A stretch of 64,000 nt of DNA from Halodesulfurarchaeum sp. (GTDB lineage Archaea; Halobacteriota; Halobacteria; Halobacteriales; Halobacteriaceae), in NCBI GenBank assembly GCA_034520565.1, contig JAXHNL010000002.1, forward strand, positions 608,001-672,000. The letters run 5' to 3'. The position numbers were made by a program, and so were the translations under genes. The notes below the pieces were generated by a model, which saw only the letters and a list, made by a program, of their open reading frames with translations, did not search any database and was not told where the DNA came from. Below, piece after piece: positions 51,987 through 61,453 of the stretch. Positions within the stretch are counted from its first letter, which is position 1, and each line of letters opens with the position of its first letter.

Positions 51987-52735
51987 GTGCCAAGCCGCTC
52001 GCTCAGTCCACCCAACTGATCGAGCGGGCCGTCACGCTCCTCGATGTCGATCGACACGTCGAGCAGGGTGGCCGTCGCCGCTCCCACCGCCCGGGTAAAT
52101 GAACCGTCGGCGGAAAGCGTCGCCGGCCGGTGAGCCGGGGCATTCCCGGGCCGCTCCGGAAGGTGGGCGGTCGCGTCCGGCGGCGGGTCCCCCGGGCCGA
52201 CGGTGAGCACCGCGTCGAAGGACCCACCGACGTCCGCCAATCGTCCCCGCTCCCGCTGGAGCGCGTCCACGCCCCGGTCGCTCGGTGGAAGGACCGCGAT
52301 CACCTGATCCGCCGACGTGACGGCCCCGATCGCCTGGTTCGACACGACCGGGGGCACGTCCACGAGCACCCAGTCGGCCCGTTCGGCGGCTTCCTCGAGC
52401 CGTTCTCCGACCCGGGCGCCGGCCGCTTCGGACTTCGCCGCGGCGATTTCGACGAACGGGGCCAGCGACGGGACCACCTCGAAACGTCCGTCTCCCTCGA
52501 CAGCCCATTCACGGACCGCATCCCGGAGTGTCTCGTCAGGATCGGCCACCAGCCCGGTCGAGTCGACGGCGATTGTGCCGTCGACGTGCTGGGCGAGGCC
52601 CTGGGTGGCAAAATCGAGATCGAAGACGAGGACGCGTTCCCCGTTTCGAGCGAGCACGCCACCGATATCGAGGATCGATTGGGTGGTTCCACAGCCCCCG
52701 ACCGTGCCGACGAATCCGACACTCGTTCCTGCCAT
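51983..52735 (-). CDS. Divergent ParA-like protein
   Basis: Degenerate P-loop GTVGGCGTT, FDLDFATQG, VDVPP. Confidence 0.75.
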   Translation of the reverse strand: MAGTSVGFVGTVGGCGTTQSILDIGGVLARNGERVLVFDLDFATQGLAQHVDGTIAVDSTGLVADPDETLRDAVREWAVEGDGRFEVVPSLAPFVEIAAAKSEAAGARVGERLEEAAERADWVLVDVPPVVSNQAIGAVTSADQVIAVLPPSDRGVDALQRERGRLADVGGSFDAVLTVGPGDPPPDATAHLPERPGNAPAHRPATLSADGSFTRAVGAATATLLDVSIDIEERDGPLDQLGGLSERLGT

Positions 52736-52777
52736 CACTCGCCGATAGCGGCGGGGTCGGAAAAACCTCGCTTTTCG

Positions 52778-53203
52778 TTAGAGCCGGTCGGCGATCGCGT
52801 CGGCAATCGTCTGTGGATCGTCAGCTTCCGCTTCGGACTGCCGGGGCAACACGGCGTGAATTGGCCCGCCGCCGTCGCCACGCGAGCGGGGGATGATGTG
52901 CCCGTGGACGTGCGGGACTTCCTGCCCGGCCGCGCGGCCGTCGTTGAACCCGATCGTCGTGGCGTCGGCGTCGACGGCCGCTTCGACGGCTGGAGCAAGT
53001 TGCCACAGTAGGTCCATGACCGCCTCGGCGGTTTCCCTGTCGAGATCACCGAGTCGCTCGGCGTGCGTGCGTGGAATCACGAGGGTGTGGCCCGGAGCGA
53101 GTGGTCTCGCGTCGAGGAACGCCATCGCCCGCTCCGTCTCGACGATCGTCGCTGCTGGGGCCTCCCCGGCGGCAATCTGACAGAAGATGCAGTCAGCTGG
53201 CAT
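52778..53203 (-). CDS. HIT-family hydrolase
   Basis: CIFC, PGHTLVIP, GQEVPHVHGHIIPR. Confidence 0.92.
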   Translation of the reverse strand: MPADCIFCQIAAGEAPAATIVETERAMAFLDARPLAPGHTLVIPRTHAERLGDLDRETAEAVMDLLWQLAPAVEAAVDADATTIGFNDGRAAGQEVPHVHGHIIPRSRGDGGGPIHAVLPRQSEAEADDPQTIADAIADRL

Positions 53204-53299
53204 GGGCAGGGTTTCGAGCGGTGACACTTCAACGTTGGCGGGGCCCACCCGGGCGAGCGGACCGATTATCATTTCACCCGGGAGCGTTAGGCTCTCCGT

Positions 53300-56200
53300 A
53301 TGACACACTTCGCCGGGGAAGTCCCCGACCAGTACGACCCGCACGCGGTCGAGGAGCGGGTCTTCGCGTACTGGGAGGATACCGACGCCTACGAGGCCAC
53401 GAAGGAACACCGAGCCGAGGGGGAGGATTTCTTCTTCGTGGACGGGCCGCCGTACACCTCCGGCGCGGCCCACATGGGGACGACCTGGAACAAGACGCTG
53501 AAGGACGCCCACATCCGCTTCCGCCGGATGCAGGGCTACGACGTGACCGACCGGCCGGGCTACGACATGCACGGCCTGCCGATCGAGACGAAGGTCGAGG
53601 AGAAGCTGGGCTTCGAGAACAAGCAGGACATCGAGGAGTTCGGCGAGCAGCGGTTCATCGAGGAGTGCAAGGCCTTCGCCGAGGAACAACTCGAGGGCCT
53701 CCAAACCGATTTCCAGTCCTTCGGGGTCTGGATGGACTGGGAGAACCCCTACAAGACGGTCGATCCCGAGTACATGGAGGCGGCGTGGTGGGCCTTCGAG
53801 CAGGCACACGAACGGGGTCTCGTCGAGCAGGGCAAGCGGTCGATCAACCAGTGTCCACGGTGCCAGACCGCGATCGCGAACAACGAGGTCGAGTACGAGG
53901 AGGTCACCGACCCCTCGATCTACGTGAAGTTCCCGCTCGCCGACCGCGAGGGATCGCTCGTGATCTGGACGACGACGCCCTGGACCATTCCGGCGAACAC
54001 CTTCGTCGCCGTCGACGACGAGCTGACCTATGCGGCCGTCGAGGCCACAAAGGACGGCGAAAGTGAGGTCCTCTACGTCGAGGAGAGCCTCGTGGAGTCG
54101 GTCCTCGAGGCGGGTCGGTACACCGACTACGAGGTCCGCGAGACGTACGCCGGCGAGGAACTCGTCGGCTGGGAGTACGACCACCCGCTCCGCGAGGAAG
54201 TCCCCGAGGCCCCAGATTTCGAGGGTGCGGGAGAAGTCTACACCGCGGACTACGTCGAGGCCGAGGAGACGGGGCTGGTACACTCCGCGCCGGGGCACGG
54301 GGAGGTCGACTTCGAGCGCGGGCAGGAACTCGGGCTCGATGTCTTCTGTCCCGTCGGCGAGGACGGCGTTTTCGACGAGCGGGCGGGGAAATACGCCGGC
54401 GAATACGTCAAGGACGCCGACGAGCGGATCATCGCGGACCTGGAGGAAAACGGTGCCCTGCTCGCCCGGGAGACCGAACACCACTCATACGGGCACTGCT
54501 GGCGGTGTGACACGCCGATCATCCAGATCGTCACCGACCAGTGGTACATCACGATCACCGACGTCAAAGAGGACCTCCTCGACAACATCGAGGCGACCGA
54601 GTGGCACCCCCAGTGGGCACGCGACAACCGCTTCCGGGACTTCGTCGAGGAGGCCCCGGACTGGAACGTCTCCCGCCAGCGCTACTGGGGGATCCCGATC
54701 CCGATCTGGATTCCCGAGGACTGGTCCGGCGACATGGACGACGCCATCGTCGTCGGGACCCGCGAGACGCTGGCCGAGCGAGTCGACCAGGACGTCGACC
54801 CCGAGCAGGTCGACCTTCACAAGGGCACGGTCGACGACCTGACCATCACCGAGGACGGTCGGACATACCGTCGCGTTCCGGACGTCTTCGACGTGTGGCT
54901 CGACTCCTCGGTGGCCTCCTGGGGGACGCTGGGCTACCCGAGCAACACGGAACAGTTCGAGGAGCTGTGGCCGGCGGACCTCATCATGGAGGCCCACGAC
55001 CAGACCCGTGGCTGGTTCTGGTCCCAGCTCGGGATGGGGACGGCCGCGCTCGACCGGGTCCCCTACGAGGAGGTGTTGATGCACGGCTATGCCCTGATGC
55101 CGGACGGTCGCGGGATGTCGAAGTCGAAGAACATCACCGTCGAGCCCGGCGAGGTCATGGCGGAACACGGTGCCGACCCGATGCGCCTGTTCCTCCTCTC
55201 GGTGACGCCACAGGGCGAGGACATGCGCTTTTCCTGGGAGGCGACCGAGACGATGCAGCGGGACCTCAACATCCTCTGGAACGCCTTCCGCTTCCCGCTT
55301 CCCTACATGGAGATGGACGGCATCGACCCGCTCGCGCTCGACGTGCGCGAGGAACCACTCGAGCGGATCGATCGCTGGCTGCTCTCCCGTCTCCAGGGGG
55401 TCGAGGAAACGGCGGCCGAGGGTTGGGCGGACTTCGAACAACACCGGGCTCTCGAGGCGATCCTCGACTTCGTCGTCGAGGACGTCTCGCGGTACTACAT
55501 CCAGGTCGTCCGCGAGCGGATGTGGGACCCCGAGGAGAGCGGCTCGAAGCGAGCCGCGTACGCGACGTTGACCCAGGTGCTCCAGGAGGTCATCGCCCTG
55601 CTTTCCCCGTATGCCCCGTTCATCACGGAGGAACTCTACCAGCGGTTGACCGGCGAGGCTGGGCTCACGTCGGTCCACATGCTCGACTGGCCGGACCCGG
55701 ACGGTGACCTGCGGGACGAATCACTCGAATCGGCCATCGCCCACGTCCGTGCCATCGAGGAGGCCGGCTCACGGGCCCGCCAGGACGCGGGTCGAAAGCT
55801 CCGCTGGCCGGTCACCCGGGTCGTCGTCGACGCCGACGAGGCGGGGGTCGTCGAGACGCTTTCCGAACACGACGATTTGCTCGCCGAGCGGCTCAACGCC
55901 CGTAGCGTCGAGGTCGTCGGGCCGGGTGCTGACTGGGACGAACTCGCCTATACGGCGACCGCGGACATGAGCGAGTTGGGCCCCGAATTCGGGGAGCAGG
56001 CCCAGGCGGTGATGGAGGCGCTGAACGTGGCTCGCGTCGACGAACCCGACCTCGCTGCACTCGAGGCCGCGGTGAGCGCGGAACTCGGCGAGTCAGTCTC
56101 GCTCGCCGAGTCGATGGTCTCCTTCGAGGAAGTCCCGCCGGAATCGGTGGCTGGCACGGACTTCGACGGCGGGCGGGTCTACGTCGACGCCACCCTCACC

Positions 56201-56467
56201 CGGGAGGTCGAGAGCGAGGGCTACGCCCGGGAGATCATCCGGCGCGCCCAGGAGATGCGGAAGGACCTCGACCTGGAGATGGACCTGGAAATCCGCCTCG
56301 AGATCGTCGTCTACGACGAGCGAGTCGGGAAACTGGTCGCCGAGCACGAGGCCCTGATCGCCGAGGAGGTCCGGGCGAGCGAACTCGGCGACGTCGAGGA
56401 CGGATACCGGGAGACCTGGGAGGTCGAGGGGACCCGGGTGGAACTCGCCATCGACCCGGTCGAGTAA
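53300..56467 (+). CDS. ileS: Isoleucine--tRNA ligase
   Basis: DGPPY..G..HMGT (HIGH-like), WTTTPWT, SRQRYWG, DQTRGWF, GMSKS. Confidence 0.97.
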   Translation: MTHFAGEVPDQYDPHAVEERVFAYWEDTDAYEATKEHRAEGEDFFFVDGPPYTSGAAHMGTTWNKTLKDAHIRFRRMQGYDVTDRPGYDMHGLPIETKVEEKLGFENKQDIEEFGEQRFIEECKAFAEEQLEGLQTDFQSFGVWMDWENPYKTVDPEYMEAAWWAFEQAHERGLVEQGKRSINQCPRCQTAIANNEVEYEEVTDPSIYVKFPLADREGSLVIWTTTPWTIPANTFVAVDDELTYAAVEATKDGESEVLYVEESLVESVLEAGRYTDYEVRETYAGEELVGWEYDHPLREEVPEAPDFEGAGEVYTADYVEAEETGLVHSAPGHGEVDFERGQELGLDVFCPVGEDGVFDERAGKYAGEYVKDADERIIADLEENGALLARETEHHSYGHCWRCDTPIIQIVTDQWYITITDVKEDLLDNIEATEWHPQWARDNRFRDFVEEAPDWNVSRQRYWGIPIPIWIPEDWSGDMDDAIVVGTRETLAERVDQDVDPEQVDLHKGTVDDLTITEDGRTYRRVPDVFDVWLDSSVASWGTLGYPSNTEQFEELWPADLIMEAHDQTRGWFWSQLGMGTAALDRVPYEEVLMHGYALMPDGRGMSKSKNITVEPGEVMAEHGADPMRLFLLSVTPQGEDMRFSWEATETMQRDLNILWNAFRFPLPYMEMDGIDPLALDVREEPLERIDRWLLSRLQGVEETAAEGWADFEQHRALEAILDFVVEDVSRYYIQVVRERMWDPEESGSKRAAYATLTQVLQEVIALLSPYAPFITEELYQRLTGEAGLTSVHMLDWPDPDGDLRDESLESAIAHVRAIEEAGSRARQDAGRKLRWPVTRVVVDADEAGVVETLSEHDDLLAERLNARSVEVVGPGADWDELAYTATADMSELGPEFGEQAQAVMEALNVARVDEPDLAALEAAVSAELGESVSLAESMVSFEEVPPESVAGTDFDGGRVYVDATLTREVESEGYAREIIRRAQEMRKDLDLEMDLEIRLEIVVYDERVGKLVAEHEALIAEEVRASELGDVEDGYRETWEVEGTRVELAIDPVE

Positions 56468-56516
56468 CCGTCTCCCGCTCGAGTCGTCCGCGACCCGGTC
56501 GACCCAAAAGCGCCGC

Positions 56517-57368
56517 TCAGTCCCGGAGCGCGTCGGCCACGACCGGTGCGACGCTGACCGCCGAGACCGACCGTTCGATCGTATCTGTACCATACACCTT
56601 CTCGCTCCCGGCGTTCGCGAGCTTCGAGAGCGCGCTGTCGGCAAGCAGCGGATGAACGGTTCCGACGAATACCCGCGCCGGCTCCTCCCCGAGGGCCGCG
56701 ATTGCCCCGCTCATCGTGCCGCCGGTGGCGATGATGTCGTCCACCACGACGAGGTCACGGCCGGCGACGTCGAGATTCGCCGGCTGGATTTCGACGGCTC
56801 CCGTCTCGCGATCCCGGTGCTTCTCGAAGGCGTCGGTCTCCCCGGTTCCGTATGCCGTCTTGACCCGCTCGGCGAGGTCGATGGCCCCGTGATCGGGGGC
56901 GAGAAAGACCGGGTCGGCGAGGTCCGGTGGGAGCGGTTCGGCCAGCCGCCCGGCGGCGTCGACGACGGTCGTCGGGACCGTGAAGAAGTCCGTGACGGCG
57001 GCTTCGTGGGGCGAGACGACCAGTACCCGGTCGGTCCCGGTGCTGATCGCCCGGGCCATCGCCCGCGCGGAGACCGGCTGGCCCGGCTCGAAGGCCTCGT
57101 CCTGTCTGGCATAGCCCATGTACGGGATGACGGTCACGACCTCGCTCGCGCCGGCCTCGCGGACGGCGTCCTGGAGCTGGAGCAACTGGACGTGGGCGTC
57201 ACTCGAACCGGTTGCAGCGACGACGATGGCTCGTCCGTCCTGGGGCGGCACTTTCACGAGCAACTCGCCGTCCGCGAAGTGTCGGTACTCGACTTCGGCC
57301 AGGGACTCGTCGAGTTCGGCGGCGAGTTCGGCGGCCACTGCCTGGGAGGCCGTTCCGGGAACGATCAT
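56517..57368 (-). CDS. prs: Ribose-phosphate pyrophosphokinase
   Basis: FADGE, PYMGYARQD, APD.GA, VDDIIATGGT. Confidence 0.94.
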   Translation of the reverse strand: MIVPGTASQAVAAELAAELDESLAEVEYRHFADGELLVKVPPQDGRAIVVAATGSSDAHVQLLQLQDAVREAGASEVVTVIPYMGYARQDEAFEPGQPVSARAMARAISTGTDRVLVVSPHEAAVTDFFTVPTTVVDAAGRLAEPLPPDLADPVFLAPDHGAIDLAERVKTAYGTGETDAFEKHRDRETGAVEIQPANLDVAGRDLVVVDDIIATGGTMSGAIAALGEEPARVFVGTVHPLLADSALSKLANAGSEKVYGTDTIERSVSAVSVAPVVADALRD

Positions 57369-57527
57369 GTCGAATCGATCGTGGGGGGCTGGCTTACGCG
57401 TTGTGATGCCCCGAACGCCAAAGCGCTCGATCGACCGGAATCGAGGCGGGGGCGGCGGTTTCAACCGCCGACATTCCCGGGCGGGGTTTCACAATGTCTT
57501 TGGTCGCTCCGATCCACCACTCCGATA

Positions 57528-58895
57528 ATGCAGGTATTCGGCTCCAGCGGCACTCGGGGGCGGGTCACCGATGAACTGACGCCCGACTTCGCACTGCGGG
57601 TGGCCGCCGCAGCCGGAACCGTCTGGGGGGCCGATCGGGTCGCGCTCGGTCGAGACACGCGGGTGACCGGGCCGATGCTCGCCAACGCCGCGGCGAGCGG
57701 ACTCGCGAGCGTGGGGGCGGACGTCGACCGACTGGGAATCGTTCCGACCCCAGCCCTCCAAACGTACGTCGCCCGGCAGGGGGTTCCTGGAGTCATGGTC
57801 ACCGCATCGCACAACCCTCCGGAGTACAACGGCATCAAGCTGGTCGGCGCGGACGGCGTCGAACTGAGCGTGGAACGGCTCGAGGCGATCGAATCGGCGC
57901 TCCTCGACGACGATCCAGCCCACGCGTCGTGGGATCGAACCGGCGCGGACCGGATCGTCGAGAGTGCCCGGCGGACTTACCGCGAGGAACTGCTCGAGGT
58001 CGTCGACCGGGAGACGATCACCGCGGCCGATCTCACTGTCGCCCTGGATCCCGGCCATGGCGCCGGCGCCCTCACGAGTCCGGACTTCTTCCGGGAACTG
58101 GGGTGTTCGGTTCGGACGGTCAACGCCCATCCAGACGGCCACTTCCCGGGTCGGAATCCGGAGCCGATCGAGTCGAACCTGACCGATCTGGGCCACCTCG
58201 TCCGGGCCACGGACGCCGACGTCGGGATCGCTCACGACGGGGACGCCGATCGGGCGATCTTCTTCGACGAGACTGGCTCGTACATCGAGGGCGACGCCAC
58301 CCTGGCTGCCCTCGCGGATGCGAACCTGGAACCGGGAGACACCACCGTCTCGGCGGTCAACGTCTCCCAGCGGCTGGTCGACGTCGCCGAGTCGACGGGA
58401 GCCGAACTCGAGTTGACGCCGATCGGGAGCACGCGGATCATGACACACATCCGGGAACTGGAGCGGGCCGGCGAGCGGGTGCCGGTCGCCGGTGAGGGCA
58501 ACGGTGGCGTCATTTTCCCCGACTATCGCATCAACCGGGACGGGGCCTACACCGCCGCACGATTCCTCGAACTCCTCGCCGACCGGTCCGCGAGCGAGGT
58601 CGTTGCCCCATATGATGGCTACGCGAACGTCCGGCGGAACGTCCACTACGCGGACGAGGGCGAACGGGCGACACTCGTGGAGGCGGCCGGCGAATGGGCC
58701 CGCGGGGCAGATGGCGAGGTGACGACGATCGACGGCTATCGCGTCGATTTCGGCGACGCCTGGGTGCTGGCCCGTCCCAGCGGTACCGAACCGGTCGTCC
58801 GGGTCTACGCGGAGGCACGGGAACAGGCCCGCGCCGAAACGCTTGCCGACCGGCTCGTCTCGGCCCTCGAAGACGCCGCCGCGGCCGGTGGGTAA
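57528..58895 (+). CDS. glmM: Phosphoglucosamine mutase / phosphohexomutase
   Basis: FGSSGTRG, TASHNP, DGDADR, GEGNGG, RPSGTEP; substrate specificity inferred. Confidence 0.8.
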   Translation: MQVFGSSGTRGRVTDELTPDFALRVAAAAGTVWGADRVALGRDTRVTGPMLANAAASGLASVGADVDRLGIVPTPALQTYVARQGVPGVMVTASHNPPEYNGIKLVGADGVELSVERLEAIESALLDDDPAHASWDRTGADRIVESARRTYREELLEVVDRETITAADLTVALDPGHGAGALTSPDFFRELGCSVRTVNAHPDGHFPGRNPEPIESNLTDLGHLVRATDADVGIAHDGDADRAIFFDETGSYIEGDATLAALADANLEPGDTTVSAVNVSQRLVDVAESTGAELELTPIGSTRIMTHIRELERAGERVPVAGEGNGGVIFPDYRINRDGAYTAARFLELLADRSASEVVAPYDGYANVRRNVHYADEGERATLVEAAGEWARGADGEVTTIDGYRVDFGDAWVLARPSGTEPVVRVYAEAREQARAETLADRLVSALEDAAAAGG

Positions 58896-58961
58896 AAGGT
58901 CACGCGCCTCGAACGTCGAGTCAGTTCCCATCGATCGGCCCGGCCCGATCCCGTGATCCCA

Positions 58962-59402
58962 ATGAGCCACGAATCCGAGAAGACCTACAGCGAGAGCGTG
59001 GAGATGTATCTCAAGGAGATCTACCTGCTGTCCCGCGACGGCGACCCGGCGGCGACGGGGGCGATTGCCGACCGGCTCGGCGTCTCGCCGCCGAGCGTGA
59101 CCGACCGGCTCAACCATCTCGTGGAACTGGATCTGGTGACCTACGAGAAACACCGAGGGGCGTCGCTTACCGAACGGGGCGAGGAAGAGGCGATTGCCCT
59201 CCTGCGCAAGCACTGTCGGATCGAGCGCTTTCTCGTCCAGGAACTCGACGTGACGGAGGGCTTCCACGAGGAGGCTTGCCGGCTCGAACACGCCACGACG
59301 GACGAAGTCGCCGCCCGGCTGGATCGCTTTGTCTCCCTCCCCGAGGAGTGTCCGGACTGCTACGATCCCGAGGCCCAGCACTGCAGTCGCCTGACACCCT
59401 GA
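58962..59402 (+). CDS. DtxR/MntR-family metal-dependent regulator
   Basis: E.YLKEIY, GVSPPSVT, RKH..IERFL, EACRLEH, C-terminal CPDC. Confidence 0.9.
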   Translation: MSHESEKTYSESVEMYLKEIYLLSRDGDPAATGAIADRLGVSPPSVTDRLNHLVELDLVTYEKHRGASLTERGEEEAIALLRKHCRIERFLVQELDVTEGFHEEACRLEHATTDEVAARLDRFVSLPEECPDCYDPEAQHCSRLTP

Positions 59403-59441
59403 GATGCCAAGGTCTATCACGATCCGTCCCGTCCCACGACT

Positions 59442-59642
59442 ATGACTCCATGGCTTCCGTCTCGCGGCGTGTCGATCGTTCTCTTGGGTCTGCTGGCCCT
59501 CGTGCTGGTGTCGATGAGCGGGTTCGGCCCGGCCTTCGAGAACGTCATTTACACCGGGTACGGCCTCGCCATTCCGTTCATGTTCGGCCTGTTCGTGCTC
59601 GCCGGGATCTACTTCGGCACCAAGCATCTCCTCTTTTCCTGA
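59442..59642 (+). CDS. Small two-TM membrane protein
   Basis: 66 aa, two hydrophobic helices. Confidence 0.6.
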   Translation: MTPWLPSRGVSIVLLGLLALVLVSMSGFGPAFENVIYTGYGLAIPFMFGLFVLAGIYFGTKHLLFS

Positions 59643-59681
59643 ACCCAGAAGACCCAAGCGGGTGGCCCGCGATGGCCCGGT

Positions 59682-59885
59682 ATGGACTGGGACGCGATCA
59701 AGGAACTCCTGCCCCACTACCTGGCGCTGATCATCATCCTCACCGTCATGCTGACTGCCATGCAACTGTTCTGGCCCGGTGGCGAGCCGAGCATCTGGGT
59801 TCAGATCGGCGTGGCGGTCGTTCTGGGACTGGCCTATCCCACCGCCGTGAGGTATCTGGGATTTGCCCCCGCCGCCTGGCAATAA
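59682..59885 (+). CDS. Small two-TM membrane protein
   Basis: 67 aa, 'ELLPHYLA..I' ... 'Y..AVR.LG.AP..W'. Confidence 0.65.
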   Translation: MDWDAIKELLPHYLALIIILTVMLTAMQLFWPGGEPSIWVQIGVAVVLGLAYPTAVRYLGFAPAAWQ

Positions 59886-60144
59886 AGCCCGTCTGGACCG
59901 GATGCGTGCGCTTCAGTTTTCCGGACCTGGAGTTGATACCGACTTCTCACGCTAGTGCAGGGGTAATATATACCACTACCACTTACCAGAAATCTTACAA
60001 TGAGTAAATCGGCCGTCGTCGGGCGATTGTAGGACGTTATCAAGGGGCAAACAACCCTCAACCTTAAATACGCTGATCGCCTAACTTGAGTTAAGCGTCG
60101 GGTAGCTCACCGATTCAGGTGTCCGGCCCGAGCGTACAACAATC

Positions 60145-60538
60145 ATGCTGAACACAATACACAACAAAGTGGACGACCGTGGTGTGTCACCGGTAATCGG
60201 CGTCATCCTGATGGTGGCGATTACGGTGATCCTCGCGGCAGTCATCGGCAGTTTCGTGCTGGGAATCGGTGGGGATGTGGAAGCGACGCCCACAGCGAGT
60301 CTCTCGATTGGAGAATGAAAGTGGATTATTAACAATCGCACATGAAGGGGGCGACACGCTTGATGGCAGTGAAATACTAATCTCTAACGGGACGGCGAAT
60401 GACACTTTCTCTGGTAATCTCGCCCCTGGTGAAGAGGTAACTGATGTGGGACCTGATGACAAGTTTGTTCAAAGTGGAGTTACTATTAGAGTGGTTCACG
60501 AGCCTTCTGGCGGGATAATTGCCAGGGCAGATTTCTAA
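60145..60538 (+). CDS. Archaeal type IV pilin (PilA-like); apparent extra G at 60310-60311, so an error or a pseudogene
   Basis: Read by hand: [13 protein letters not shown]|[27 protein letters not shown] class III signal peptide; continues in a shifted frame as [24 protein letters not shown]. Confidence 0.85.
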
Positions 60539-60559
60539 AATCAAACTTCCGTTTTTAGA

Positions 60560-60965
60560 GTTTTTGTCGCATCCGCGAGTGGAGCGAGACTGTTCACTCG
60601 GTGCAAACGGAGTGGGCGCCGAAGTTTTTTTTTGGTGCAGATTTTTCGAGTCGCGAGGGATCGAAGATCCCTTGGACCGCACGAACGGCGGCGCAGCCGC
60701 CGTGAGTGGAGAGTGGTTCGCCGAAGGCGAACCCGACGAAGAAAAGGTGCAGTGGGACCACGGAGAGACGACTTCGTCGCCTCTCCAGCTCCCGCTTTTT
60801 TCTCCCTTCGGTCGTCAAAAGCGGGACCGCCCGGATTGTGAACCAACGCAAACCTCCCTCGCTCCGCTCGCTCGGTTTGCTGGGCTCAAATCCGGGGATT
60901 CTCCCACTACAACCGCGAATCCAACGCTTCGGACACGCTCTGCGGTCCTCGCGTGTGGATGTGTG
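60560..60965. repeat. Cluster of short GNA-triloop hairpins plus a partial copy of the tRNA 3' end
   Basis: GGGATC-GAA-GATCCC (60657-60671), GGTTCGCC-GAA-GGCGAACC (60715-60733); 60823-60844 nearly equals 60972-60992. Confidence 0.65.
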
Positions 60966-60970
60966 AGAAG

Positions 60971-61043
60971 TGGGACCGCCCGGATTTGAACCGGGGTCAC
61001 GAGCACCCAAAGCTCGAAGGATACCAAGCTACCCTACGGTCCC
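60971..61043 (-). tRNA. tRNA-Pro(TGG)
   Basis: Minus strand GGGACCG..TAGCTTGGTA..CGAGC-TT-TGG-GT-GCTCG..GGTTCAAATCC..CGGTCCCA folds into a cloverleaf; CCA not encoded. Confidence 0.96.
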
Positions 61044-61177
61044 TTATCCGGAATACTGCCGGTGGCCCAATGAGGGTTTCGTTCCCTGTCGGTCCTCACC
61101 GGCCAAATCGGATGAATCCGGCCGAACCCGGCCGAACGGTCAGAAGACCCTTTTCCCTCCCACCCCTCGCATCGTTC

Positions 61178-61453
61178 ATGGCAACTCCCATCGAACTCGG
61201 GCTACTGCTCCTCGTCGCAGTCGCAGTGATCGTGGCCTACCTGCTGCTTCGGGCGATCAAACCGTTCATCATCAACGCGGTCCTCGGCCTCGTGGTGCTA
61301 TTGCTCGCCGGCTTCCTCGGCTTCGAGGTCGCGATCACGCCGATCGTGGTCCTCATCGTCGCAGTTGGTGGAATCCCCGGTGCGCTGTTGGTGCTGCTGC
61401 TCGCGTACTTCGGCATCCTGGTCGGCCCGGCCGCCCTCATCGCGTTCGTCTAA
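61178..61453 (+). CDS. BofA-like small membrane protein
   Basis: 'KPFIINAVLGL', 'GGIPGA' in a 91-aa hydrophobic protein. Confidence 0.75.
   Translation: MATPIELGLLLLVAVAVIVAYLLLRAIKPFIINAVLGLVVLLLAGFLGFEVAITPIVVLIVAVGGIPGALLVLLLAYFGILVGPAALIAFV

Noticed and set aside
60823-60900. Second tRNA gene
   Set aside because: Only the acceptor/T-arm portion is present; there is no D arm or anticodon arm.
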